Assembly (NCBI GenBank): GCA_964016885.1
Contig: OZ024740.1
Coordinates: 265,918,001 to 265,982,000, forward strand
Reading direction: 5' to 3'
DNA from: Eledone cirrhosa
Lineage: Eukaryota
Length of the DNA: 64,000 nucleotides
Made by a program: the position numbers and the translations under genes. Below are positions 1 through 14,364 of this stretch, piece after piece. Every line of letters begins with the position of its first letter. Positions within the stretch are counted from its first letter, which is position 1. Under the pieces are notes generated by a model. It searched no databases, was not told where the DNA came from, and worked only from the letters and a program-made list of their open reading frames with translations.

Positions 1-396
1 ACTGCGGCCATCAGACGTGTGTCCTCTTTCTCTAGATTACTCGGTCTCGAACTTAAGTTCTTTTATCGAGTGGTCTTGGATTTCCTACCTATAGTTGCTC
101 GCACATTGCTCGGTTTGTGGGGGTTTTTCGCTGTTGTGTTATTGTTTCCTTCCTCTCTTCCTTCGTTTTCCCAATAACTTATCCAGTTATTGACGCCCTG
201 GGGTGAAGTGGCATCTTATCTTTAAAGCGTAGAAATATCCTAGACCTCCCAGTAGACAACTGATGAGGAACGCCCCCCCCTGTTCTTGCTTTCTTCGTAT
301 TCCCACTGCATTTTAAGTTACCTTAAATAGCAACTACACAGCCATTTCTCTTCTCCATATATTTCATTATATATATATATACATATATATATATAT

Positions 397-1006
397 AGAA
401 TTTAGTATATCTACTAACATATGCGTACAGATGTACGCTAATGCTAGCAAATACATAAGTTATGTCATAGTACCTAGGTGGTTCAATGCAGGAGGATGCA
501 GAACAATAATATGAAGGACGTAAAATAAGAACATTTTAAAAAAAGATTTAAAAAATTAACTTACTTACTAAAATTTTCACTCCAACTAATTAGTTTCTGC
601 AATGGGATAAAGACAGTTACGTAATATAACCGTTGAGAATTCATTGCGTCATCAGGGAGTCTATTCTCAGCTAAGTCTCCAGGAAATGCGCGGACACTGG
701 GGACTCATATAAAAATAATAATAATTCGGTAGATGGAACAGCTTGCGGGGACTGGATTCCATGCACTGAAAAGCTCGCTGTCTCTGGTCAAATGGCAGAT
801 TCTAAAGAATCAATCACGTGACACTGAGGCTAGTCGGAAGGAGTGGGATGGTAAGATGACAGAAGCCTACTACCACACCAATGAATTAGTAGTGGTTTTG
901 GCAGGTTTTCTCAACAAATAAATAATTTGGAGATAAATATAGAGAATTTAGTATATCTACTAACATATGCGTACAGATGTACACTAATGCTAGCAAATAC
1001 ATAAGT
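397..1006 (-). mobile_element. Non-coding ~546-bp unit with terminal redundancy carrying one hammerhead ribozyme (retrozyme-like or non-autonomous PLE derivative)
   Basis: AGAATTTAGTATATCTACTAACATATGCG occurs at 397 and again at 943; homologous to the tandem units at 17416-18823; abuts (TA)n. Confidence 0.7.
579..660 (-). ncRNA. Type I hammerhead ribozyme
   Basis: Minus strand reads ACUCC-CUGAUGA-C-GCAAUG...CAUUGC-A-GAAA-CUAAUUAG-UU-GGAGU: 5-bp stem I, 6-bp stem II base, palindromic stem III, GUU triplet. Confidence 0.85.
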
Positions 1007-1323
1007 GGTACGAATGCACTAAATTCTTCTGGCCACCAAAGCTAGCAGTAAATAAATTTTGGTTGGTCTGAACACCCACTGACCATATCGAGTTGTTGAC
1101 AGAGGTGACAGGGGACTGGTAGATAGAGAGAACAAATAAGGTTGGTGGTATTCTCGGTTGTAGTTGAGTGGTCAGCCACCCACATCCCTGTGACTAAGAA
1201 GGGCTGCCGGGGTGACCTAGAAGTTAGAAGGGATCGAACACTCGAAGCAAGAACATATATTTTTTTATTCCACTCTCTTCCACCCAAAATTGCCTCGGAA
1301 ATGTTATCTTTTAATCAATTTTT

Positions 1324-1374
1324 GCTGCCTGAAGTAATCACGATATCTATCGTCATTGCAATATGTATAACGGC
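1324..1374 (+). ncRNA. Degenerate hammerhead ribozyme
   Basis: GCUGC-CUGAAGU-AAUCACGAUA/UAUCGUCAUU-GCAA-UAUGUA-UA-ACGGC; two core substitutions (A9, A13). Confidence 0.5.
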
Positions 1375-1869
1375 TCAATTAATAAGGGACCTTAACATCT
1401 TCAACTTTGCATTTTATCTTTATATATATATATATATATATATATTAACAACATTAACTCGAATATCGAGTTTTGAAACGCGAGTGTATTAGAATTCTGT
1501 TAAAACAGTAAAATGTCGAAACGGCGTTGGGTGAAACATCACTGGCTATATTTATGTTAATTAATCAACCGACACCAGTCTACGTAGGATAAAATTCCCG
1601 GCGAAGTATACATGTAGGTCTGTGTATTCCGGAGTATTCGTATAACAATGAAGTAGAAGCAAATAGGTTAGAAGTTACCTCATTTAGTTCTTACACAATC
1701 AGTTACACAACTGTTAACTCTTAAATACAATGAATGGGAATATTCAAGGCGTGGGTTTACCACCATAAGATACTCTTCAGAATCCTCTGGACACTACTTA
1801 TCTATGAAGTCTCTATTTTTTTACTAAAAGCTTTAAACTCAAGGATAGCTAGTGTGTACGTGACCAATA

Positions 1870-2025
1870 TAGTTTGGCACCAATGTCATCGCAATTCATT
1901 TTTTACTGGATGAGCAGACTGTTGCAATGTGAATTATATCTTGCTTGAAGACACAACACAACACCTGGTCAGGAATAAACCTTGCGATCGGGAGCTCTAC
2001 ACATTAACAACTAAACCTCATACCT
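1870..2025 (-). mobile_element. Degenerate tRNA-derived SINE
   Basis: Similar to the copy at 48590-48822 (CTTGCTTGAAGACACAAC vs TTTTGCTCAAGAACAGAAC). Confidence 0.4.
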
Positions 2026-2084
2026 GTGTGTTTATGGTGTTTATGTAATATATGCATATATAGGTGCATGTGTGTGTGTGTGTA

Positions 2085-4330
2085 TGGGGAAGACTTCAGG
2101 ATCCTGGAATTCTGTGATGCAAATGACCTGACTATCTGTAACACAAACTTCAGAAAACGTGACAGTCATTTGATCACTTATATATCAGGGGAGCACACCA
2201 GCCAGATAGACTTTATCCTTACTAGAAAACGAGACAAAGTGTCTGTTTTGAACACTAAGTCCCTCCCTTGCGAAGAATCGCCTCCCAACATAACTTAATA
2301 GTTAGTGACCTCATACTCAGGGCCAGACGTACTGCCGGCAGAGGAATACCTTAAAGAGAAGATTATGGAAGTTGAAGAACCCACAGCCAGTAACAAATTT
2401 AAAAGCATATTACTTGGTGCTTTTGATAGTAAGGAAAATCAATTAGAGATATACAACATAGAGGAACAGTGGGGTTTCTTGAAAGTTAACCTATTGAAGG
2501 CGACTTATGAAATCTGTGGCTGGAGCAGACCGTTAGGCAAGAGGAGAGTGACATGGTGGTGGAACAGTAAGTTGGGGGAGTCCATCAAGCAGCCTTGGAA
2601 AGAATGGCAGGATGGGGGTAGTAGAGAACTCTATCGGGTAGCTAGGAGAGAAGCGAGACAACAAGTAAACTTGGCTAAGAGGGAAGCAAAGAATAATAAG
2701 TTCAAGCATATTCTACAAAGGGAGGACCAAAGACGTGAGGTATTCAGGACTGCGAGGCAATGTTACAAGGAGAATTGTGATATTGTCGGGAGACGTGTAT
2801 CCGTAATGACGATGGTATACTTTCCCTCACTGACAGTGATAAGGAGGTAGCTTGGAAGTGGCACTACGAGAGACTATTGGATTAGGAGAATGAATGGAAT
2901 AAAGATAGTCTGCCCCATATTGATCCAACAGAAGGACCAGCTGTGCAAGTTAATGGTAGCGTAGTAAAGTAAGGCAATCAAAAATATGAAGACAGGCAAG
3001 GCAGCTGGACCTTCGGGGATAGTTGCTGAAATGTTGAATGTATCTTGAATGGTAGGACATACTATGGTCATCCAGATAGTAAACCAAGTAATACAGAATG
3101 GGGTCATACCAAATGACTGGCGTAGCAGCAGCATCTTCAACTGGTACAAGGGCTGAGGAGTTTTCCTGGATAGAGGAAACTATGGGGGCATTAAATTAGT
3201 TGACCATGTCATGAAAGTTACAGAAACAGTTATTACTCAACTATTTAGAGACCGAATTGATCTAGATGAAATGCAGTTTGGGTTTGTGCCATGTAAAAGT
3301 ACCGCGGGTGCTCTTTTCCTTGTACGGCAACTACAGGAGAAGTACCTAGCTAACAGTAAATCCCTCTACTTAGCTTTTCGTGACCTGGAGAAGGCCTTTG
3401 ACAGAATCCCACGCATCTTAATCTGGTGGGCTCTTAAAAAACTAGGAGTGGAAGAATGGCTTGTGAGAGCTATACAAGCCATGTATAGAGGAACAGCCAA
3501 CAAGGTTAGAACTAACAATGAATATAGTGAAGAATTTAGCGTAATAGTAAGGGTTCATCAAGGCTCAGTCCTTATCCCCCTCCTGTTTATTATTGTCCTA
3601 CAGGCTCTAACAGGAGGGTTTAAGACTGGCTGTCCATGGGATCTTCTATACGCAGATGATCTAATCTCATAACTGAATCTACGACTGAACTAAAGAAGAA
3701 GTTCCAAACATGAAAGCATGGCCTAGAATCAAAAGGCCTTAAAGTTAACTAGTCTAACACTAAAGTTCTAGTATGTGGAAAGGAAAATAGGGCGCAGGTG
3801 CTCTCTGGGAAATGGCCAAGCTCAGTGTGTAAGAAAATAGTAGGTATAAATTCCATTCTATGACCCAAATGCAAACTATGGGTACATAAAAAATGTCGTG
3901 GGATCACATGTAAGCTATCTAAGAATGTAGATTTTTATATGTAACCGATACTCAGGTGTAGTAAGTAGCAAGGACTCACTGGATGCTATCTCCTTCAACT
4001 GCCCAGATGGCTCTATAGAAATAGTAGACACCTTCCATTACCTGGGAGACAAAATCAGCAGTGGAGGAGGGTGCTCTGAAAGAGTAGTAGCCAGAGTTAG
4101 AATGGGATGGAAAAAGTTCAGAGAGCTAATACCACTATTGGCCACCAGGGGTTTTTCTCTAAAAGTGAAAGGCAGATTGGATGATGCTTGTATACGAACC
4201 GCGATATTACATGGTAGTGAGACCTGGGCGTTGTGTGCTGACGAATTGCGTAGATTAGAAAGAGATCAAGCTTGCATGCTCCGATGGATGTGTAATAGTA
4301 ATGTACGCGAATGGCGAAGCATAAACGAAT
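2085..4330 (+). pseudogene. RTE-like LINE ORF fragment (end of AP endonuclease plus RT), with stops and frameshifts
   Basis: ILEFCDANDLTICNT, SQIDFIL, QFGFVP, DLEKAFDRIP, VHQGSVL, LLYADDL, ILHGSETW motifs. Confidence 0.9.
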
Positions 4331-4359
4331 TATCTCTGTGTGATAATCAAAAACTCACA

Positions 4360-5462
4360 CCCACTCACTCAGCAGTATCGCAGTGAATCCTTGGATGAAA
4401 ATCTGCATGCTTATCAGCAAAAGATCATATATGGATAAGGTGCCAGGAAGCTCCAGAGTGAGAGTAATATAGATAAGGAAGTAGTCTATCTTGGACCAAC
4501 AACCGCTATATTGGCTCCCACTTTTAAGGATACGCTTTTGCAATACAAGAATAGGAAATTAACACGAAAGACCTGATTCACAAAAGAGATAGGATGCAGA
4601 CAAAACACCTAAATGTGATAAAATGTGCACACTCTGCAGAATTAACATCGAAGATGTCACCCATATCATCAGCAAGCTGTCTAAAGATGTCCTCTCGGTA
4701 CTATCTACCTATGCGGCATGATGTAGTGGCCAAAACACTGTACAATGCAATCCGTAGAAAAGATAGCCCCGATAACAAACACATTAAAAGCTACAGCAAT
4801 GTGGAAGACATCCATATACATAATATGAAAGAGTACTGGTGGAATGTTCCAGTAAAAACCCCAATAAAATGCAGGCATAACAGACCAGATATTATGATAT
4901 GGGATAGGGAAAAGAAAGCATGCACAGTAGTGGAAGTTAACTGCCCAGCAGATGCCAATATAATATCAAAGATCAGCCAAAAGGAGAATAATTATGCAGA
5001 AATGATGAGAAATCTTCAGATACTCCACCCTGATTACACCTTCAGATTTATGCCTGTAATTATTGGGGCACTGGGTTATGTTAGTAACTGCCTCAATAGA
5101 AACCTTGAGAAGCTAGGCTTCACAGGAACAGAAATAACACAACTAGTTAGGAAACTACAAGTACAATCCATTAATGGAACAGTAAAAATATGTAAAACTT
5201 TCCGAAACTTTTGCATTTAATAACTGCATATATACACATGTACAGATACAAAGCATATACACATGCACACATACAACTCAAAACATCCACATCCACACAT
5301 ACAATAACATCCATATCTACACATGCATGCATGTTGACATCCATACATATCTACCTAGTTGATGTTGTGTAAATTCCAATGGGAGAGTCTTGTGTCTATG
5401 TTAGAACCGACTTTCTCTCTACTGGTAAAAATTTGTGAAATTATAAAACCAGAAGAACATAC
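4360..5462 (+). mobile_element. 3' fragment of R4/Dong-like non-LTR element with restriction-like endonuclease
   Basis: ORF 4594-5220 has RHDVVAK, WWN, RPDI, VEVNCP, K-x-NNY, PVIIGALG; 3' UTR runs into ACATACATA. Confidence 0.85.
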
Positions 5463-5467
5463 ATATA

Positions 5468-6200
<733 letters not shown>

Positions 6201-6219
6201 ATATATATATATATATATA

Positions 6220-6298
<79 letters not shown>

Positions 6299-6317
6299 AA
6301 CAAGGGGAGAAGAATAC

Positions 6318-6935
6318 TGCATGGTTGCACATGGATTACATATTATAAAATTAGTCCCTCATCAGTGATTTACCAACCATCTTTGGTATTTCATCGCATT
6401 AAAAATCAGATACCTCAGGTTGGTGCGAGCAATAACTAAAATAAGCTATTGGGACAAGTGAAACGCGTAAAGCAAGTGAGAGAAGTAAACAACAGAAGGA
6501 AAAGCAAACCGAAGGTTGGAAAAACAACAAGCCACATGATAGTTATCCGTCAGCATAAGCTGGGTGAATTTCATGAGCGGTCAGAGAAGCAGACCATACG
6601 CCGTGAATGCGGTGTGAGAAAGAAGGAACCCCACTACTAGCGAACGGGAGGAATTGAGAAGGGGAGAAACAGAGAGTGAGTGAGTGGAAGTGCGAGGAAG
6701 AGGTCAGTCGGAAAAAGTGTAACTGACAGAGAGGGCGAAAGAAGATAAGAGAAACAGAGAGAACGGGGGAGCAGTAAGAGAGAAAGAGAGAAACAGATAA
6801 TTGCATGGTTGCACATGGATTACATATTATAAAATTAGTCCCTCATCAGTGATTTGCCAACCATCATTGGTATTTCATCGCATTAAAAATCAGATACCTC
6901 AGGTTGGTGCGAGCAATAACTAAAATAAGGTATTT
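6318..6935 (-). repeat. ~484-bp terminally redundant unit (direct repeats 6318-6450 and 6802-6935)
   Basis: Near-identical TGCATGGTTGCAC...CTAAAATAAG twice; flanked by (TA)n. Confidence 0.7.
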
Positions 6936-6953
6936 GGGATATACATTTTATAC

Positions 6954-7012
<59 letters not shown>

Positions 7013-7161
7013 TAAGATCCCGTTAAGGGTGAAAGCAGCGATTCTTTGCTTAAACTTCAATCTGTTATTTTAATAAATATTTACTCTTCGGTTCTTATAT
7101 ATTTGATATATATTTTCCTTATCGAGCCCTCTCTTGATTTAGTCTTCAATTTTATTATTAT

Positions 7162-7365
<204 letters not shown>

Positions 7366-7380
7366 GTATATATATATATA

Positions 7381-8100
7381 TATTGTTATACTTGGGGAGG
7401 GTCATATTTGTGTAATAATATTGCCAGAATTAATAAAAGAACACACTCACTGTTTGGTTGGTTTTCGCTTCTGCGTCTTTTATATCGGTTAATTTAATTT
7501 ATTCGGTCCTCAATGTTACCATTGACTGACCAACGGTCAAAAAACAGATACAATATACACACAAACACATATATATAGTCTAACAAAGTTCTTTCGTTGC
7601 ACATCTGCAACATCGTCAGTGGTGCTATTATGTTTCCTCCCGTTGCATTGTATGCTTACGCCATCCTTATTTAGTCTGTTTATTTGTTGTTGTTTTTTGT
7701 CTTCTCTGCGCATGTTTGATGTGTGTTCGTGTTTGGGTGACTGTGTATTGGTTAGTGTATTCTATCTTAGTTTACTAGTGTGTGTTTATATGTGTTTGTT
7801 GTTATTGTGCTTGTGTATGTATTTATTTATTTATGTATTTATTTATACTTCTCTTAGGTCAGTGTTGTTTGTTTGGGTGTTGTTGTTATTCCATTCATTC
7901 TTTCTGTTTTTTTCTTTTTGACGTTGGTCAGTCAATGGAAACATTGAGGACCGAATAAATTAAATTAACCGATATAAAAGACACAGGAGCGAAAACCAAC
8001 CAAACAGTGAGTGTGTTCTGTTATTAATTCTGGCAATATTATTACACAAATATGACCCTCCCCAAGTATAACAATATTTGTTTCGACACACGATTTCATA
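7381..8100. mobile_element. PLE pseudo-LTR fragment with inverted duplication (same family as 16403-17345)
   Basis: 7381-7545 is the reverse complement of 7916-8078; 7381-7910 matches 16820-17320 in reverse. Confidence 0.8.
7582..7623 (-). ncRNA. Minimal type I hammerhead ribozyme
   Basis: ACCA-CUGACGA-U-GUUGCA/UGCAAC-GAAA-GAAC-UU-UGUU. Confidence 0.8.
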
Positions 8101-8118
8101 TCAAAAAGCTCGCAAAAC

Positions 8119-8154
<36 letters not shown>

Positions 8155-8429
8155 TGTATATATATATATGTAAGTATGCATGTTATCTCTTTCTCTTAAT
8201 TTCGAGTATATTTTTGACCGGCCACCTTCCTGGTGGCAAGGTTGTAAAAGAAAATAAATCGTCATCCCTTGAATCACAAGAATGTTTTGCAAATTTTGCA
8301 GGAGCCAGCTATCGCAGCCATTTGTAGACTATGAATTAGGGAGCTGCGCTCTTTGTCCGCAAATCAAAGTTCAGTTATACGTTGGTCCAAGCGGGTTAGT
8401 ATATAACCCGTAGCTCCAATAATTGGACA

Positions 8430-8810
8430 GAATTCTAGGAGAATGAAAACTCTGATATAACACCTGCAGCCCTGATGGTATCCAATGATGTTCTTCTTTT
8501 TGGTAAATATCATCTTGGTTAGGAGAGTGGGACTGGCTTTGTGCAGTGCCTTTGCTCACTATAAAAGCTTCACGGCACAGGCATTGCTTTATATCTGGAG
8601 ATCTCTCTGCACTTGTCGTTTCATGGTACCATGGACCCAGCACTATCTGTCAATGATTGTCACAAGTGTAGTGTTTGTACCAGAGTTTTCAAGTCGCTGG
8701 CTGGACTAAAAAGTCACACTCGTTCAGCGCATCGGTAGGGGTTCTCCTACATGGATATAAAGTAGTGGCCGTACTCGAAAGCGAGTTGGCAGCGACCATA
8801 TTTGTATGTA
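8430..8810 (+). mobile_element. Dispersed LINE-3'-end or SINE-like repeat, family A (also 31600-32030 minus, 33078-33240 minus, 51432-51865 plus, 57627-57865 minus)
   Basis: Five near-identical copies; one frame encodes HKCSVCxRVFKSLAGLKSHTR (C2H2-like); 3' hairpin ACTCG-AAA(A/G)-CGAGT followed by (TATG)n. Confidence 0.7.
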
Positions 8811-9096
8811 TGTACTCGGAGTCGATTTCTCCATGAGCACGTGTGGTGTGTGTGTCTGAGAATATTTTATAAGGATTTAAATGATTGTAATGTTTCTCAT
8901 TTTATACGAAATGTTATTAGCAGGTTATCAGTTTCTTTGGAACGATGAATTCAGAAATAGATACTGTCACAGCCAACATTAGTTTATATAATAGATGAAT
9001 ACATCTGTCTGTAATACATACATACATACATACATAAATACATACATACGTACATACGTACATACATACATACAAATATGTATATGTATATGTATT

Positions 9097-9131
<35 letters not shown>

Positions 9132-9274
9132 ATGTGTGTGTATGTATGTGTAGGTGTATATGTTTATATATGTATTATATATATATGTATTTATATGTAT
9201 GTGTATATAAAGATATATATATATATATATGTGTGTGTGTGAGTATGTGTGTTTATGTATGTGTGTATATAAAG

Positions 9275-9335
<61 letters not shown>

Positions 9336-9670
9336 CTAATGCCCACACACACATATATATATAAATCCACAAGAGTGTGTGTATACTTGTGTATATCCAT
9401 ACGTTCACTTATATGTGTGTCCTACATATGTGTATATTCATATGTAACAACAACCCGATTAAATACACAGACATATACACACAGTGAAGGGGAGATGGAA
9501 GCACTGAAAGAGATGTATAGATATATCTATTTGTATGCGTGCGTGTTATTGTATATACACTCTTATGTACAACAACATATATATATTTGTATGTATGCAT
9601 GTGTAAATATATATATATATATATATACGAGCCCTCTTTGGATTTTAGTCTTCAAATTTATTATTATTAC

Positions 9671-9781
<111 letters not shown>

Positions 9782-10018
9782 ATGCATGTGTGTATATATA
9801 TATATATATTTATTTAATATAAAAATGGCTTCTACAGCGAAAAGCTCGAGGTACGATTTATTTGTGGATCGAACTGACTCTGGATTCGCAAGTTCCTCAG
9901 ATACGTCTAGCGACTTCGAAGCAAATCTTCTGTCTGATTTCTTTATATATATATATAAAGAAAAAAAGATGAAATCGAAAATGCAACTGGGGTCTTATTT
10001 TTTAAAAAATATCTGCTT

Positions 10019-10054
10019 CCTTACCGGTTTCGCAGTTCTTCTGGTTTTCAAAAG
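10019..10054 (-). ncRNA. Minimal HHR, U3-A8 core variant (inverted pLTR copy)
   Basis: CUU-UUGAAAA-CCAG/CUGC-GAAA-CCGG-UA-AGG; one stem II mismatch. Confidence 0.6.
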
Positions 10055-10804
10055 TAGAGTTGAGATGGAGGGTCTTTGGTTTTTCTCACATCTGGTTGGT
10101 CTTTGAATGTTACTTGTTTTATATGGAAAAAGTGGCTCGAAATGCCAGGTTTTTAGAGAAGTAATTTGATTGGTTGGTGAATAAGTATAATAAATTTCGC
10201 GCCAGTTCGCGTTACAAAGTAATTCACATTAGGGGGGGGGGGGGCTCAGGTTGTTTTTTCATATATGAGTGTTTGAATTTCTTTTTACTTAAAAAAAGGG
10301 ACTCACGTGAACAAGTTCATTAAATTTTGCGCCCGTATTTGGGAATTTATTTTGTAGCCTTTTAGAGAATTTTATGACAAACATAAGATAATGGTCAAGA
10401 GAAATGGGATGGGAGAATTGTTCTGGTTCAGTAAATATAGCAGGTTGTTTTTTCATATATGAGTGAAGTTTGGTTGGTTGATGTAGTCACGTGACTAAGT
10501 ATATCAGCTTTCGCGTAAGTTTGTTTGAATTTCCTTTTACTTCCTGAGCCCCTTTTTTAAGTAAAAAGAAATTCAAACACTCATATATGAAAAAACAACC
10601 TGAGCCCCCACCCCCACCCCACCCCCTTGTTTGAAGAACTTTGTAACACGAACTGGCGCAAAATTGATTATAATTATTGACCAACCAATCAAATTACTTC
10701 TCTAAAAACCTGGCGTTTCGGGCCACTTTTTTCCATATAAAACAAGTAACATTGAAAGATCAACCAGATGTGAGAAAAACCACAGACCCTCCATCTCAAC
10801 TCTA

Positions 10805-10840
10805 CTTTTGAAAAGCAGAAGAACTGCGAAACCGGTAAAG
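10805..10840 (+). ncRNA. Minimal HHR, U3-A8 core variant (5' pLTR)
   Basis: CUU-UUGAAAA-GCAG-aagaa-CUGC-GAAA-CCGG-UA-AAG; perfect stems I and II, palindromic ACCGGU stem III, GUA triplet. Confidence 0.75.
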
Positions 10841-11005
10841 GAACCAAATAAATATATATATTTGTTTTTAAATAAGACTCCAGTTGCATTTTCAATTTCA
10901 TCTTTTTTTCTTTATACTTTCACTCGTGTAGGACACCTCGGTTATTTTTCATTTTCTAAAAAAAACCTCACTTTCTAATACATACCCACCACACGAAGAC
11001 TGAAA

Positions 11006-14000
11006 ATGCCACCAAAGTCTCAACAAAACAACAACTCACTGAACCAGGACATCTTAAATGAACTCAAAGAGATTTCCTCTAAACTCTCAATTTTGACCAG
11101 CATAGTGGACCAAATACACATCTATAAAAAAGGACCCCACGAATAAACAGAAAATACCCAAGAGACGAATATTACTGCAGCATTAACTAAACTAATCGAA
11201 ACCATTGAAACAGCAATGCTCCAAAAGCTGGCACAACCTTTAGAACCCAATCTACGAGATCTCCACTCAGTGAAAAACACCGTAATCTATATATGGACTC
11301 AAAAGTTCACAGTCCGCAGATTCGCCTTTTGGAATCTCCTAAAAAATAATGGCAAGGCAGACATACATGAAAAGTGGCTAGACTCTACCCCAATCATCCA
11401 CCCCAAAAAGCTCCAAATAAAACCCATCCCGAATGAACCAGAAAACCAACAAAGACTTTGGGAAAAGATGGCGTTAGAAAAATTTAAAATAGAAATAGAA
11501 CTGTTGCGATTAAGACCCAACTCCAACGAAGAAAAATTCAAGTCACTCGACCAACAGATGGACACAGAAATCTCAAGGCACTCTGAAGGCCTACTCGATA
11601 AAAAAACCTTAAAACTTTGGAAAGAAAACTGTGAGGATGTAGAACTAACATCCCTCCAGCGATGGGGAAAAAACTCCACCTGGTTCAACAACTACGAAAT
11701 GGATTTCAAAAATGAACAACATAGAGGTAACCCATTTTTAAAACAAACTAAAACTCACACACTACATGCACAACAAATAACAAAAAAAGTAACAAAACAT
11801 GCACAACAAATAACAAAAAAAGTAACAAAACGTCCAACATACCCCCAGCAAAACTATAACGATAATCCCAGAACCCATAGACAAAACTATAACCCTACTA
11901 ACAAAAACTGAAGACAGGACCCGATCCGCAGATCACAACCCACACAAAACCTATTCCAAAACCGTAGACCCCTGCCCACACAGAGCCTGTTCCAAAATCG
12001 TAGATCCCAACCCACACAAAAGAACAAACTCTACAACCCGGACTATCAACAAACCGAACCTCAATACGTCCGAAACTTCTATACAAGACCACACAACAAC
12101 AGGGGAAATCCCATTAGATATAATAATACCATTGAAAAAACATTCCAGAAAAATCATTTTTTAGACCAAGGCCAGGACCCGGTGGCACAAACCGATTTTG
12201 AAAAACCGAAAATAATCAACCTTTCAAATACAAACCTCTCAGCCCAACAAGTAAAAATTCTCTCCATAGGACTGAAATTCACACCAACACCACACTACTC
12301 TAACCTCAATGAGATAAATGACGATATCTCACACTTCTGAAGAAAATTACGTCTCACAGAGGAATTCTTTGACAAGGAGAATAACGACCAATCAATTGTA
12401 CGGAATAAAAGCAGCTACAACCCAACAAAAGGTAGAAACAGAGTTCTGGACAAATTTTGTGACCACATAGCTACTTTCCCATACCATGAAATACCACAAC
12501 CTAAACCCAAACCCAACACGAGTCGAAGGGAATGGGAGATTATCCATGAACTAAAAAACAATACAGACATTATAATTAAGGAAGCGGACAAGGGAAGTAC
12601 TGTTGTCATTATGGATGCTGAAAAATATAAAATTCTATGTTCACTCTCTTACAAAATACTAATTACTATGAAAGTAAAAAACTACCAGCAATCACAAACA
12701 ATGACCAGATTAAACACACTAATTTGTCGATACCAGGAGGACTTAACTAAAAAGATCCACATAATTAACGATGCCTGTAAACAATCCACCTCAACCTGCG
12801 TGAACACACAATACCCCCACATACCTTAAATTAAGACCAATTGTAGCGGGCCCACAATGTGAAACACACAGTCTGAGCAACTTTATAGACATACTACTAA
12901 AACCAATTCTCAAACACATACCAAGCCTTGTAAGAGACGATATGGACCTCTTAAACCACCTCCCCAAACATGTCAACAACGACACTATTATTGTGTCTTT
13001 CGATGTAGGGAATCTCTACACAACGATCCCACACCAATACGGACTAGAAGCAATAGGATTCTGGATAGAGAATTATCCCAATGAGATACCTGGCAGAATA
13101 GAACAAAAATTCATCACCGAGGGATTAAAATTTATCTTACAAAACAATTTTTTGATTTCGATGGCAGTACTTACAAGCAAATATCGTGGACTGCGATGGG
13201 TACAAAAGTCGCTCCAACTTATGCCAACTTAGTCATGGCATACTTAGAAGTCCAGATATATGAACAGACCAAATCAAAATACGGATTGAACTTCCACAAA
13301 TATTTATCAGAGAATTTGAAACGCTACTTGGATGATTGTCTCATTCTTTGGTCCCACACACTCGGCCAACTGAATTATTTCAAAAACTTAATAAACGACA
13401 TCAATAACCACATCCAATTCACAATGGAATACAGCCAAGATAAACTTCATTTTCTGGACATCTGAATCATAAAAAAAGACACAAACATTGAAACTGACAT
13501 ACACTACACACCAACAGAATCCAAACAATATTTGCTATTCACCTCCAGCCATCCAAAGCACACGAAGACGAAAATTCCTTTTAACCTAGCAAGAAGAATT
13601 TGCACAATTGTCTCCCATTATGAAACGCGAAATAAAAGACTTCAAGAATTAAGGAAATTCTACTCGAAAGGCAGTACCCACCATTACTAATAAATAATGG
13701 AATAGAAAGGGCTAAAGCAATAGGCATTGATGAATTACGAAAACAGAAACAAATTCTAATATTCTATCATATATCTCAACACACAACCCAAGAAATGCGG
13801 AAGCTTGCAACACTATTCAGAAGAACATGCCACTACTGAAACAAGACCCAAGAATGAAAAAAGCCCTTGAAACACACAAAATAATCAAAAGCAAAAGACA
13901 ACCCAAATCACTAAAAACATTACTCACCAATGCCAAATTACCTACCACAAACCCACAACCAAATGTCAAAAAAGTGGTCGCTCTAATTGTGGAACCTGCA

Positions 14001-14364
14001 CTCACCTCATTGAAGGCAACACGTATACATTTAAATCAGGACAAAATTTTGCTGTAAAAAATCACTTCACTTGCACATCAAAAAATCTATTTTATGCCAT
14101 TAAATGTAAAGAATGCAATGAAGATTATATAGGACAAACTAAACTCACAGAAACATAATGACAGTTCATCGCCAACAATTACGAGATCCAACCACGAGAC
14201 AGATACCACTAAGCGCACATCTAGACATATGCGCAAATAATAAGACACCCAAATTCCAAGTCTTCCCATTTTACCTTTGCGCTGACAATACAACAGAACA
14301 AATACGAATAAATAAGGAAAATATGTTTATTCAAAAATATAGACCAGCAATTAATATTGTTTAA
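11006..14364 (+). pseudogene. PLE polyprotein (RT plus GIY-YIG endonuclease), disrupted
   Basis: IINLSN, GLKFTPTP, IKEADKGS, LRPIVAGP, SFDVGNLYTTIPH, AMGTKVAPTYANL, RYLDDC, NCGTC, NLFYAIKCKEC...YIGQT; several frameshifts and stops. Confidence 0.92.
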
